Assembly: GCA_049599895.1 (NCBI GenBank)
Contig: JBMYPC010000005.1
Location: 1-45,388 of the forward strand
DNA from: Bacteriovoracaceae bacterium
GTDB lineage: Bacteria > Bdellovibrionota > Bacteriovoracia > Bacteriovoracales > Bacteriovoracaceae
Reading direction: 5' to 3'
DNA: 45,388 nucleotides
Shown: one piece after another, positions 19,193 to 29,175 of the stretch
Position numbering within the stretch: the first letter of the stretch is position 1
Layout of the letters: each line of letters opens with the position of its first letter
The notes under the pieces: model-generated
Databases searched by the model: none
Told to the model about the DNA's origin: nothing
Seen by the model: the letters and a program-made list of their open reading frames with translations, nothing else
Translations under genes and position numbers: made by a program

Positions 19193-20740
19193 TTGTTTAG
19201 GATGAATAGCAGATTGAGTGTTCATAATATTTTTCTCGTATTTTCTCTTTTCGTTTTTGTTTCTTGTGGAAAAGACAACGAAGCTGAGCAAGGCAAATTA
19301 CAAAAAGGTTCAATTATTGTTGGCAGTCTTGATTGGCAAGAGATCACTTCTTTAGATCCAAATTCGATGATCTATCAAAATGCAAGTTTTGTTGGAGACG
19401 TCGAGCTATCTGTTGTCGATTCTCGATGTACAGGATTTCTTATTAGTGAAGATCTCCTTATGACGAACCAGCACTGTATTCCTTCTGCAATTTATGCAAG
19501 AGGAGTTAAAGTTTCATTTAATAATGTAAAGGATATCCCTAGTCAGCACCAAGTTCAATATGATTGTTCAACATTTATTGGAAATGATCGCACTCTTGAT
19601 TATGCACTTTTAAAATGTGAAGGCAGCCCTGGCTTAAGTTTAGGCTTTGCAGACCTTGGCAGAGGTCAACTTTCTCAAGATGATAATATTTATGTCATCC
19701 AACAAAACTGTGATTATTATCTTCAAAGAGGCTGTGCTTGGACAAAAAAATACTCTGAAGGAAAGATTATTCGAGCAGCAGAAAGGTACACTCATAATGC
19801 TGATACTCTTGGCGGGTCATCAGGAAGCCCCGTATTTTCAAAAGATACTCACATTGTAATGGGGATTCATCATGCAGGGTTTGGAAATAATAGCTTTGGT
19901 AGAGGACGCGAAAACTATGCTGTTCCGATGCATAAAATAGTTGCGAATATTGAAAGTCGATTTCCCGATGTCTTAAGTGGTTCAAGTTCTAATCCAAGCG
20001 ATCCTGGACAGGATCAGGATCAGGATCAGGATCAGGATCAGGACCAAGATCAGAATCCTGTTCCAACTTCAGAGCCCAATGATACTTTTGCAAAGGCTTT
20101 TGCATTAAGTAAGACGAAAAGCTTTAAAGCGGCTTATGCCATCGCATCGAGCTCTGATGTGGATTTTTATAAGTTTGAAGTCACTGAAAAGTCTGAGGTC
20201 AAGGTTGAGGTGAAGTTTATTCACGGTCTTGGTGACCTCGATATTGAACTTTATTCATCTTCTCAGAAATCACTCAAAAAGTCCCAAAGCATTAATGATA
20301 ATGAATCGATTGAGAGTGAACTCTTTCCTGGCACTTACTATATAAAAGTTTATGGTTATCAAGGTGCTCAAAATGACTATGAATTTATAATCGAATCAAA
20401 GAATGTAGCAGGTCCTCAACAAGGAGCGAATCTTTCATTTCAATCGGCTTATGAGGTTTTAGATGAAGCAGTTGAAGGGGAGATTGAAAAGGCTTTCGAG
20501 GAAAGGTTTTATTCTTTTGATGTGACGGTTGATGGGCTTAATTCTATCGAGTTAGAAATAGATGCAGCGGCAGGAGATCTTGATCTTTTTCTTTACGATG
20601 AAAACCAAAAAGTTATTGGAAAATCGATTGGAACTTTAAAGTCAGAAAAAATTCAAAAGAACCTTTCAAGTGGAAAATATTATGTAAAGGTGAAAGGTTA
20701 CCGTCAGGCAAAAGGAAAATTCTCTTTGTCTTTAAATTGA
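19193..20740 (+). CDS. Trypsin-like serine protease lipoprotein with two C-terminal PPC (pre-peptidase C) domains
   Basis: Lipobox FVSC; triad TNQHC / DYALL / TLGGSSGSP; two GDLD(I/L)xLY...G(T/K)YY(I/V)KVxGY modules. Start may be ATG 19202. Confidence 0.88.
   Translation: MFRMNSRLSVHNIFLVFSLFVFVSCGKDNEAEQGKLQKGSIIVGSLDWQEITSLDPNSMIYQNASFVGDVELSVVDSRCTGFLISEDLLMTNQHCIPSAIYARGVKVSFNNVKDIPSQHQVQYDCSTFIGNDRTLDYALLKCEGSPGLSLGFADLGRGQLSQDDNIYVIQQNCDYYLQRGCAWTKKYSEGKIIRAAERYTHNADTLGGSSGSPVFSKDTHIVMGIHHAGFGNNSFGRGRENYAVPMHKIVANIESRFPDVLSGSSSNPSDPGQDQDQDQDQDQDQDQNPVPTSEPNDTFAKAFALSKTKSFKAAYAIASSSDVDFYKFEVTEKSEVKVEVKFIHGLGDLDIELYSSSQKSLKKSQSINDNESIESELFPGTYYIKVYGYQGAQNDYEFIIESKNVAGPQQGANLSFQSAYEVLDEAVEGEIEKAFEERFYSFDVTVDGLNSIELEIDAAAGDLDLFLYDENQKVIGKSIGTLKSEKIQKNLSSGKYYVKVKGYRQAKGKFSLSLN
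20009..20053 (+). repeat. Coding hexanucleotide tandem repeat (CAGGAT)n giving a (QD)7Q linker
   Basis: CAGGAT x5, then CAGGAC, CAAGAT, CAG. Confidence 0.95.
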
Positions 20741-20741
20741 G

Positions 20742-21341
20742 TTAAGACGGGGAGTATTTTTCTCGTGGGATAAAACGAAACGTAAGATTAATTCTCCCTT
20801 CTTTTGGCTTCTTGGTTTTTTTGATTCCATGAAGCCATTTTTTTTGAAACTCATTTTTCATAATAAAAAGATCGTCATTCCTTAGCTCAAAATTAATTTT
20901 TTGAGTTTTATCAGTTTTACTTTGTATTAAAAAGCTTCTGGTATCTCCCAGGGAAAGTGATGCAATGACTGGGTTGTCTCCAAGTTCTTTTTCATCATCA
21001 GAATGAAGTCCCATGTTATCCATTCCATCTCGGTAGTAGTTACAAAGGACATTATTAAATTTAAATGAAGTGTGATCTTCAAGATTCTCTTTAATAAGAC
21101 GTAAGCTTTCTGTCCAAGGTTTTGCGATAAAGGTCGTACGAGAGTATGTGTATTGAATCTTTGGATCACCAATAAAGGCTTGAAGCCTGGGGGATTTTAT
21201 TTTCTTTCCGAAAAGGAAAATTTCGGCTTGTTCCCAGAAGATTTCATCCCTGAGTTTTTCAAAATTAATGCCTGGCAATTGGCAGACAGTATTTAAAAAA
21301 CCAGGGATGTATTCATAATCCGTCTGGGAAATTATGGCCAT
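20742..21341 (-). CDS. AlkB-like 2OG-Fe(II) oxygenase (ALKBH2/3 type)
   Basis: NYYRDG, HSDDE, ASLSLG, WLHGI, RINLTFR. Confidence 0.92.
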   Translation of the reverse strand: MAIISQTDYEYIPGFLNTVCQLPGINFEKLRDEIFWEQAEIFLFGKKIKSPRLQAFIGDPKIQYTYSRTTFIAKPWTESLRLIKENLEDHTSFKFNNVLCNYYRDGMDNMGLHSDDEKELGDNPVIASLSLGDTRSFLIQSKTDKTQKINFELRNDDLFIMKNEFQKKWLHGIKKTKKPKEGRINLTFRFIPREKYSPS

Positions 21342-21361
21342 GAACTAAAGCTGATGAAACT

Positions 21362-21751
21362 CTAAGCTTTCTTCTTTTTATTAACTTTATATTTGTTACA
21401 CCAACCACAGGCACTGACGTATTTGTTTCCAACCATTGGACATTTTGCCCAACCAAGATCAGTTTCTTTTTTCTTTGGCTTGTAGAAACTACAGTTAGAG
21501 CAGAGTTGTCCTGCTTTATATTTTTTGTGCTTTGATGTTGTAGCATTATCAACATACTTTACACGTTTCGCGGTCTTATCACCTTCTTTTAAAACCTTTT
21601 TCCCTTTCGGTGCAGGTTTAGCAGAGCAAGCTCCGCCAGTTTTTGCAGGGGCAGCTTTTTTTGCTTGGGCCAAAACTTTTCCAAGGGGAAGTAAAGCAGA
21701 TAACCCTGCGATGGCCTTAAATAAATCACGTCTCTTTACTGACATTTTCAT
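21362..21751 (-). CDS. High-potential iron-sulfur protein (HiPIP), Tat-exported
   Basis: Tat signal KRRDLFK; YV..A, CSNCSFY...C...GWC ligand pattern. Confidence 0.88.
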   Translation of the reverse strand: MKMSVKRRDLFKAIAGLSALLPLGKVLAQAKKAAPAKTGGACSAKPAPKGKKVLKEGDKTAKRVKYVDNATTSKHKKYKAGQLCSNCSFYKPKKKETDLGWAKCPMVGNKYVSACGWCNKYKVNKKKKA

Positions 21752-21927
21752 CTCCTTAACTTAGGTAAATACACCTTCACTATAACTGAATATTCCAGAA
21801 GATACACGAGGACTTACATATGCAAAAGTGATAAAAATCAGTAACTTAGATCAAAGTTTTGTTTGGTGATTTAAACTTTTTTATAAGCGATTTAACTTAC
21901 TAAGATAACTAGAGATCTTTGGGCTGC

Positions 21928-23172
21928 TTAATGGCCAGCAGCACCCTGAGGATCGTCCATACAAAGTGGTAAAATTGCCACTGGGATCTGAGAGTTGCTT
22001 AAGTCAATTGGAAGAAACTTAAGACTTCCTCTACTATCGTTTGGAATAACGAAGTCTTTTGAGTCTGCTGAGCCAGGACCTAGAAGAATGTTTCCATTTA
22101 GGTCTTCAACTAAAAGGTAGACTTTCCCTTTAACTGCTCTTGCCTGAAATGATCTCGTCATCGAGTAGACAGTTTGGAGTGGGAGAACTTCAACATCGTC
22201 AGTTTTTGGGCTTGTGTAAGCAACACTAACTTTTAGGTTTTGCATACACTGATTTTGAATAACAACACTGATTGTTTCTTTTTCAGTTCCCACAATAGCG
22301 TGATCAGTTGTTTCAGAGAAACTTCCATTGATCCAACCGGTTAAGACATCAAAAACAGCCTTAGTGATGAAAACACCGTTATTGTGACTGGGGCCTCCAA
22401 GTGTGTGAACACCAAAAATAAGCATTTTTCCAGTTTCGGGATCTCTAGAGTAAAGAGCTGATCCACTCATTCCACCAAATGTATCACACTGGTATTCAAC
22501 ACCTTCAACAGCATCAATATCCATTGTAGGACATGATACGTGCCACATTGTTCCGTCAGGCATGTCTCCTGGGTAACCTGTGATAGAAACTTCTGTATTA
22601 TTTGGATTTTGAAGAAGGTTTTGATCAAAGCCAAAGCTTGCATAGCCAAGTTGATCACCGATGGCCTCTTCAAGTTCAAGTAGAGCAAAGTCAAAACGCT
22701 TTTCACCAGCAGTCATATACTTTTTAGGAACAAAAGCTTTTCTCCATTTAATGGCACCAAATGGAGCACTTGTAGCATTTCTAGCTGGAGTAAAAACAAG
22801 ATCTGTTTGAAACATTTGGTAGTTTCTATCGAAGACGCAATGTGCGGCTGTTAGAACGTGACGAGGACCTACGAGAGTTCCGGTACACCCAAGACCGATA
22901 TGTCCAAAAATTCTCCACTGCTTTGAGTCTGTATCATTAATTTGAGTTCGAAGATATTTCCCAAAGACACTCTTTGAGTTTCTTGTTCGTAAAGTTCCTT
23001 CCTTGCCTTCGTGAACGTAGCGGGAAACTTCGCCTAGTGTTGGAGCATTGACTTTAATTTCTTCGCCATTTGAACCAATGAGAATCATTTCGTCGCTTGA
23101 AAATGCAAGATGCAAAGATGAAGCGATAAACAGAGCTAAAGAAACTAAAACTTTTGTTGAGTGATTAGACAT
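21928..23172 (-). CDS. Secreted V8-like trypsin-fold serine protease with C-terminal extension
   Basis: Signal peptide; CTGTLVGPRHVLTAAHC, DFALLEL, GYPGD, CDTFGGMSGS. Confidence 0.9.
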   Translation of the reverse strand: MSNHSTKVLVSLALFIASSLHLAFSSDEMILIGSNGEEIKVNAPTLGEVSRYVHEGKEGTLRTRNSKSVFGKYLRTQINDTDSKQWRIFGHIGLGCTGTLVGPRHVLTAAHCVFDRNYQMFQTDLVFTPARNATSAPFGAIKWRKAFVPKKYMTAGEKRFDFALLELEEAIGDQLGYASFGFDQNLLQNPNNTEVSITGYPGDMPDGTMWHVSCPTMDIDAVEGVEYQCDTFGGMSGSALYSRDPETGKMLIFGVHTLGGPSHNNGVFITKAVFDVLTGWINGSFSETTDHAIVGTEKETISVVIQNQCMQNLKVSVAYTSPKTDDVEVLPLQTVYSMTRSFQARAVKGKVYLLVEDLNGNILLGPGSADSKDFVIPNDSRGSLKFLPIDLSNSQIPVAILPLCMDDPQGAAGH

Positions 23173-23311
23173 AAAACCTCTTTCTCTTAGTGACTTGTGG
23201 CAACAATTCCATGTGAGTACCGAGATCCATTAAGCTTCACATGACAAGGATGTTCAAGGGGGCAGCGCACAAAAAGAGGGCTATGCAAGTTTTTATGAGA
23301 AAATAACTCGG

Positions 23312-24124
23312 TTATTCACTTTTGAATTGTGAATAAGCTTTTTGATACTTTGCTTCAAGCTGAGCAATGTCAGTTTTATCGGAGCTTTCGAGTACATCTA
23401 GAGCTTTTTGGGTTTTTCCATCATAATGAAGGGCCAGTGCGTAATTGATGGCAATATCGCGCCTTTCGAGAAATTCATCTCTTAAAATAGCGTAGGTTTT
23501 AATTGCAGAATCATATTCTTTGCGAAGCATAAAAGCTGTTCCCATCGCATGAACGACTTCAGGGTCATAGGGAGCTGCCAAATAAACATCTTTTAAGTTG
23601 TTATAGGCTCGATCAATTTGACCCACCATGAGCATAAGTCTACCCATACTCAACTTTAACAGAGAGTTGTCGGGTTCTATCTTTTTAGCTTGGGAGTAAT
23701 ATTCAAGAGCCTTTTTAAAAGAACCTTCTGAATGATAATAGGCTCCAAGGTTAATAAGGACACTCATTTTATCTTGTGGTGTGCTCAGAGGCAGGGCGCG
23801 CTCTAAGAATTGAAGAGCAAGGTATTTTTTCCCTTGAAGATATAAACAAGAGGCCATTTTGGTGAGAAGCCCAGCGTTCTTTTTAAAGTCGATATATAAA
23901 ACTTTAAAGTCAGAATTAGCTTTTTCATAAAGCTTGAGTTCACATTCAATTGAAGGGTCAGGATTTACGGGAAGAATCTCGTTTAATTGTTCACGGCTGA
24001 CCATTGAGTAACTGTCATTTTTTGTGACGGTTAAGTACTCTTGTACACGAAATTTATCCACCTTATTTTTTGAAGCACAAGAAAAGAAACTTGTTATGAA
24101 AAGGAGTAGAAGAATTTTATTCAT
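23312..24124 (-). CDS. TPR lipoprotein (GltE/AglT-like by context)
   Basis: Lipobox FFSC; tandem TPRs (VLINLGAYY..GSFKKALEYYSQA); 4-nt overlap with the upstream gene. Confidence 0.75.
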   Translation of the reverse strand: MNKILLLLFITSFFSCASKNKVDKFRVQEYLTVTKNDSYSMVSREQLNEILPVNPDPSIECELKLYEKANSDFKVLYIDFKKNAGLLTKMASCLYLQGKKYLALQFLERALPLSTPQDKMSVLINLGAYYHSEGSFKKALEYYSQAKKIEPDNSLLKLSMGRLMLMVGQIDRAYNNLKDVYLAAPYDPEVVHAMGTAFMLRKEYDSAIKTYAILRDEFLERRDIAINYALALHYDGKTQKALDVLESSDKTDIAQLEAKYQKAYSQFKSE

Positions 24125-26922
24125 TGAATTCTTCCTTTGTTTGCAAAAGGTATTGGCGCAATTTGTAGATAAGCCCTGTTGGCCTTTACATAAGGATTAT
24201 CGATATAGAATGCCGAGTCTTCTGAAATGATAGAGTAGGTTCTTTCAATATCAAGCATGACAAGACTGTATTTTTGGATATTGGCCATAAAGTTCTCATA
24301 AAGTTTGACTTGGTTTTTCTCTTCAATTGAGGGATATTTTTTATTGACGATTCTTACAACAGATTCAGAGATTTTTCTTAGATAAGCATTAATAAGATAC
24401 TCACTATAGATAAAGTCATCGGACACATTCTTTAAGAGCTCATACCGTTTTTTTAATACATCCAAGCCTATATCCAGTGAAGTCTTCAATTCTTTAGTCT
24501 TGATCAGAGGGACGAGATCGAGTTTATTTCCTTGAGTTTTAATGAACTCTTGAAGTTTAAAATACTTAAGAATATTTTGAAACCGTGGACTCTTTTGAGA
24601 ATAGCTTACAAAATGTTTTTTGAGTTTTTGATAGGTGACCTTTTCACCCAGAACTTTGGCATTTTGGTATTGTTCGAATAAAAACACAACAAGTTCATCA
24701 TCGTATTGAAGTTTGTCTTTTGCTAAGTCTAAAAGATAAAAGGCAAGTTTTCTTGATTCTGCATTTAAAAATAGAAATTCTTTAAACTTTGAAAAAATAT
24801 CAACTGCAGAGACTTGTAATTTAAACCTACGAATGATCTTTGCAAGAGATTTAGGACTTTGTGAATTCATAAGTAAAATTTCAAAAAAGTCCACATGGAG
24901 ATTTTGCGGAATTGTTCGCTTGTATTTTTTTATAAATGTTTGAAGGACAAGCTGGATACTATCGCGGTCGGCTGTTAAAATATTTCCTTTGATTAGTTCT
25001 AGAGTATCACCAACAACATTTGGTAACTCTTTTGGACTAACAACTCGAATAAATTCTTCAAGGAGTTCCATAGAGTCTTCATTCATTAGGTTTTCTAAAT
25101 AAATTTGCGCTCCTGTAAGATAAAATCTTGTTTTATCTTTCATGTTTGCAGGTGAAATACTTTGGAATAGTTCAATGGTGTATTCAGACAAGCCGATTTT
25201 GTAAAGAAACAAACATCTCTGAAATTGAATTTCATCAGAGACCGACTCAAAAACTTTATTTCGAACATTTGGATCATTAATGATTTTATTTCGAGTTTCT
25301 ATTGGTAAATCGGTCTCACTTATTAATTTGGAGAGTTGATCGATAAATGGAGCAAGGACTTCATACCTTTCAGGATGATTTTGAAGATACTCGAGGATGA
25401 GAAATGTTGCTTGGTCTAGTTTTGAATTGCTAAGAAATTCTTTAAGAAGAGCAATATAGACATCATCAAGATATTCTCCTTCAGAGTTTTCATTAATGTA
25501 TTGTTGATAAAGTTCAAAAGTCTGCTCAGGTTTCAATTTTTCACTTTTATCAATCTCTGTAATGAGGACAATTTGATTAAGAATTTCTTGAGTCAGTGGT
25601 GCTTTGTTAAAGTCAAGGTTTGGAGCAGGCTTAAAGTTTCTAATTCCCCCAAGATCAGTATCGGGATCATTTACCATCGAGAAGGCTTCTCGTGCGGTTT
25701 TTAATGCAAGTTTATTATCACCTCTTTTGTAATAAATCTTTGCTAAAAGAAAAGTATTAAAAACTTTTAAGTTATCAGTGACCTTGTCAATTTCTGATAA
25801 AATATCTGTCATGTTCCTAAGAGAGGTCCCAATCTCTTTCTGTAGAAGAACTGTTTGGTAAGAAACCTTGAGAAGTGAGGTGAGATCTTCTTTTTCAAGA
25901 AGAGATGATCGCCCTGTTCTTTGGCGAGAATCTTCATCATCTTCTAAAAAAGAATAATCCTCTTTGTCTCTATTTACCGATCGATAGATCTTAAAAGCTC
26001 TAATGAGATAAGGAGTAGAATAAGAAGCGAATTTAAAATTGTTGAGAGTTTTTACAAAACGAATTAATGCATAAAACCTTTTTTTATTAGTTTTCTCGAC
26101 TTTTAAATATTCCTGTATCGCTCGATCCGCGTAACGAATATTCTGCTTCGAAGATATCGCATAGTTTGCAAACTTTGGTAGCATCGAATGTTTTTTCTTT
26201 GAGAGAAAATTAATTCCTTTTTGATATTCATTGGCCTCGACAAAAAATAAGTGAATATTTGTGAGGTGAGATTCATTCTGATTGGATTGATTTTGAAGAT
26301 AATCGATATATCTTTGTAAACTTGAAAGAGCATTTTGAAATCTTTTGATGGAGAAGAGACTTCGAGCATATAGAAGAATAAGCTCTGGTGCGAGTTCATC
26401 ATTTGTATAAGACTTTAGTTCGCTGACAAGTTCTGCTACTTTTTTGAAATTCTTCTTTTGATAATAGGCTCGGATACTAATCTGAAGACTTATAAGATAT
26501 TCTTTTTTCTCCAGGTTCTTATATTGATGCGCTTCACTTAGGATTTCGATGGCCCTTTGATTTTTTCCGATAAAATGATTTATTGCAGCCCATCTTAAAA
26601 GGGCCTTTGAATAAAAGGGTGTTCGGTTATATTTTTTTTTAATAAAGAGGGTTATTTTCTCAGTTTCTTCATATAACTGAGAAACGAACTCAGAATTATC
26701 AACATTTAGCTCAATGAGCTCGGAGTTGATTTCAATAACTCTTAGTAAAGAGCTCTCCCTTTTGTCTGCAAAGGTTTTACTAATTTGAATAATAGTTTCT
26801 TTTTCATACTTAAGAGCTTGGCTCCGTCTCGCAGGATCTTCTTCTTGAGCGAATGAGTCGGACTCTAAAAAGAAAAGAGTGAGAAAGAAGAAAAAAATGA
26901 CTCTAAGAGGTATAATTATCAT
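24121..26922 (-). CDS. Large secreted alpha-helical TPR-like protein (GltD/AgmU-like by context)
   Basis: Signal peptide ending SFA-QEE; degenerate TPRs (LILLYARSLFSIKRFQNA; FLLAKIYYKRGDNKLA). ATG at 26922 preferred to 26949. Confidence 0.7.
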   Translation of the reverse strand: MIIIPLRVIFFFFLTLFFLESDSFAQEEDPARRSQALKYEKETIIQISKTFADKRESSLLRVIEINSELIELNVDNSEFVSQLYEETEKITLFIKKKYNRTPFYSKALLRWAAINHFIGKNQRAIEILSEAHQYKNLEKKEYLISLQISIRAYYQKKNFKKVAELVSELKSYTNDELAPELILLYARSLFSIKRFQNALSSLQRYIDYLQNQSNQNESHLTNIHLFFVEANEYQKGINFLSKKKHSMLPKFANYAISSKQNIRYADRAIQEYLKVEKTNKKRFYALIRFVKTLNNFKFASYSTPYLIRAFKIYRSVNRDKEDYSFLEDDEDSRQRTGRSSLLEKEDLTSLLKVSYQTVLLQKEIGTSLRNMTDILSEIDKVTDNLKVFNTFLLAKIYYKRGDNKLALKTAREAFSMVNDPDTDLGGIRNFKPAPNLDFNKAPLTQEILNQIVLITEIDKSEKLKPEQTFELYQQYINENSEGEYLDDVYIALLKEFLSNSKLDQATFLILEYLQNHPERYEVLAPFIDQLSKLISETDLPIETRNKIINDPNVRNKVFESVSDEIQFQRCLFLYKIGLSEYTIELFQSISPANMKDKTRFYLTGAQIYLENLMNEDSMELLEEFIRVVSPKELPNVVGDTLELIKGNILTADRDSIQLVLQTFIKKYKRTIPQNLHVDFFEILLMNSQSPKSLAKIIRRFKLQVSAVDIFSKFKEFLFLNAESRKLAFYLLDLAKDKLQYDDELVVFLFEQYQNAKVLGEKVTYQKLKKHFVSYSQKSPRFQNILKYFKLQEFIKTQGNKLDLVPLIKTKELKTSLDIGLDVLKKRYELLKNVSDDFIYSEYLINAYLRKISESVVRIVNKKYPSIEEKNQVKLYENFMANIQKYSLVMLDIERTYSIISEDSAFYIDNPYVKANRAYLQIAPIPFANKGRIQ

Positions 26923-27705
26923 ATGTTTAGCAAAACTATTAATATTCAAATTATTCTAACACTTTTCCTTTTTCTTGTGGGAGAGAAGACTTATTCACAA
27001 GAAAAACCTGAGTCTGAAAATAAGACTGAAGTTGAAACAAAAAAATCATCAAAAAAAACCAAGAAAAGATCTAAGAAAAAGTATCGATGGGCGAAAAAAG
27101 ATACTCCCTCTTTTTTTGTTTTACAAAAAAGAGAAATTGAGAAACTTGAAGGACAATACATCCAATTAAATTTCAGCCACTATAGCTTGTCGGGAATTGA
27201 TAAAACGAAAGAAGTTCTAGGAGAGTATCACTTTTTCTATCAAGAGAATCATGGTTACGGACTACGGATTGGGTTACCTTATGCAACGAAACCTGATGCT
27301 TATGAGAAGGTCGAAAATACAGAACTCGTTTTTTTTAATGAAGCCAAATGGAGAATTGGCGGTTTCTTTTATTGGACCCCTCTTTATGGAAAAAATATTA
27401 TTGAAAATAAAGTGTACTACTCTGATTTAGGAATTAGGTTAGGGCTTGACCTTATTAGTTCTGAACATAATGGAAATCAGTTAAAGAACAGAAGCTTAAG
27501 TTCTTCTCTGGAGTCCAGCAATAACTTTCTATTTTCAGCTTCTCTTGTTCCACGTTTTTTTATAGGACAAAAGTTATTTGTCAGCTTTGAGATTGGGAGC
27601 TGGATTGGATACTTGAACCCTGCCAATGGCTTGGGAGAAGAGGTGCAAGAAAAGGTATTGTCGACAGTTTTTCACACTGGTTTTGGAGTAGGCTTAAAGA
27701 TTTAG
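26923..27705 (+). CDS. Outer-membrane beta-barrel protein, GltA/GltB-like
   Basis: Signal peptide; FVLQKR, WTPLYGK...KVYYSD and terminal strand GFGVGLKI resemble myxobacterial/Bdellovibrio Glt barrels. Confidence 0.65.
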   Translation: MFSKTINIQIILTLFLFLVGEKTYSQEKPESENKTEVETKKSSKKTKKRSKKKYRWAKKDTPSFFVLQKREIEKLEGQYIQLNFSHYSLSGIDKTKEVLGEYHFFYQENHGYGLRIGLPYATKPDAYEKVENTELVFFNEAKWRIGGFFYWTPLYGKNIIENKVYYSDLGIRLGLDLISSEHNGNQLKNRSLSSSLESSNNFLFSASLVPRFFIGQKLFVSFEIGSWIGYLNPANGLGEEVQEKVLSTVFHTGFGVGLKI

Positions 27706-27706
27706 A

Positions 27707-29032
27707 ATGCGAATACAAATTATTAGCTTGTTATTTATTTTTCTCTCGAATCAAACCTTGTCACAAGAACAAGGCCTCAGTGCAACAAAAACGATTTTGA
27801 GATCATCTGATAAGCTAAGCCTTTCTCAAATTAAAGATCTATTTGAGATAATGCAAAAAAATAATTATCCCTATTTAGCGATGTCGCTATTAAAGAAATC
27901 ATTAATCCATCACAAAAAGAAACCCGGAGATCTGATTGATAATCTTTTAGGCGAAGTGGCAAGTCTTGAAAATGAAGTTCTCTTTCAAACTCTATCCTTC
28001 GGACATTTAAAGTTTTCCACAGCAAACATTATAAAATACCTTAGAGGGATTCATTATTTTCGAATTGGAAAATATAAAAAGGCCTTGTTTGAATTCCGAC
28101 AAATCCCAGAGGATTCCACTTTCTATTCCAAGTCATTATTTGTAATCGGCATGATGTTCAACTATAACGAGCGGTATGAGTCTGCGCAAAGGTCTTTTCA
28201 ACTATGTCTTAAACGACTTTCTCCTACGGATGAAACTGAAATACGGTTAAGTGACAAAGAAGCGACACTTAGAGATATGTGCGAAATTGCGATCCCAAGG
28301 GTTCAATATAAGCTTAATACTCCAGATGAAACTTACAAACTTTATGAAGCAATCAAAATTGATTCATCTCGATGGCCAAATGCTTTGCTGGAGCAGTCAT
28401 GGCTCAGTTATCAAAATTCGAATTATTCGAAATCGATTGCCAAGGCTTTGTTATTACAAAAATCAGAATTTAATCATCTTAACCTTATTGAAAGTCAGAT
28501 TCTTGTTGTCTTGAACTTTTATAAAAACTGCTATTTTGATTCTTTATTAAGCTTTTCAGACCATTCCATTAAATTACTAAATGAACAAAAAGAAAAATTT
28601 TCGAATTTAAAGAAGGCGGTTTGGAACTTAGAAGATCCTTATGTCAAAAAGCGTATTGCTGCAATGGAAGGGATTCAAAAAGAAGCAGACCGGTTAAAGA
28701 AAGTCAAAGAGACTTGGGTGCGAGAAGCTTACCTTGATATGCTTGAGTCTGAATATAATCTTTTAAGGGAGCAAGCGACAATCTTTGGTAAAAAGAAGCT
28801 TGAGAATATGGTGAAGTCCATTGAGAACACAAAAAAAGACATTCTTGCCATTAAACTCAAGGCAGTGAATAAGATGAAAGGCTACAAACAGTCTCCAGTA
28901 GCTCCTCAAACAAAAGAAAAACAACAAAAAAACATTGTGAAGTGGTCATTTGGAAAAGAATTTTGGCCGGATGAAATAAAGAATATCAAAACGGAGTTCC
29001 CTAATCGATGCGAATTAATTGGAGAAGTATAA
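27707..29032 (+). CDS. Secreted TPR protein, GltC-like
   Basis: IPEDSTFY, DSSRWPNALLEQSW, YKNCYF and C-terminal WSFGKEFWPDEI resemble the GltC WxFxGEyWxDE motif. Confidence 0.7.
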   Translation: MRIQIISLLFIFLSNQTLSQEQGLSATKTILRSSDKLSLSQIKDLFEIMQKNNYPYLAMSLLKKSLIHHKKKPGDLIDNLLGEVASLENEVLFQTLSFGHLKFSTANIIKYLRGIHYFRIGKYKKALFEFRQIPEDSTFYSKSLFVIGMMFNYNERYESAQRSFQLCLKRLSPTDETEIRLSDKEATLRDMCEIAIPRVQYKLNTPDETYKLYEAIKIDSSRWPNALLEQSWLSYQNSNYSKSIAKALLLQKSEFNHLNLIESQILVVLNFYKNCYFDSLLSFSDHSIKLLNEQKEKFSNLKKAVWNLEDPYVKKRIAAMEGIQKEADRLKKVKETWVREAYLDMLESEYNLLREQATIFGKKKLENMVKSIENTKKDILAIKLKAVNKMKGYKQSPVAPQTKEKQQKNIVKWSFGKEFWPDEIKNIKTEFPNRCELIGEV

Positions 29033-29175
29033 TTTTGTTAACATTATTTCTGGTTGCTGTTGGTTCAAGCTATGGCCGAAAAATTGAAATCCCTGAAACG
29101 GATTTAAATTTGATTACTCCAGAGAGAATTCATTTTGATGATTTTCTCCAGAGCGACTTTGAGAGTTTAAATTAA
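29008..29175 (+). CDS. 55-aa secreted protein, possibly GltF-like (absent from ORF track)
   Basis: MRINWRSIILLTLFLVAVGSSYGRKIEIPETDLNLITPERIHFDDFLQSDFESLN*; signal peptide; fills the gap and ends in a TAATG overlap with the next gene. Confidence 0.6.
   Translation: MRINWRSIILLTLFLVAVGSSYGRKIEIPETDLNLITPERIHFDDFLQSDFESLN

Noticed and set aside
20009..20053. Tandem repeat as a CRISPR array
   Set aside because: 6-nt in-frame unit, no spacers, and no cas genes in the window.
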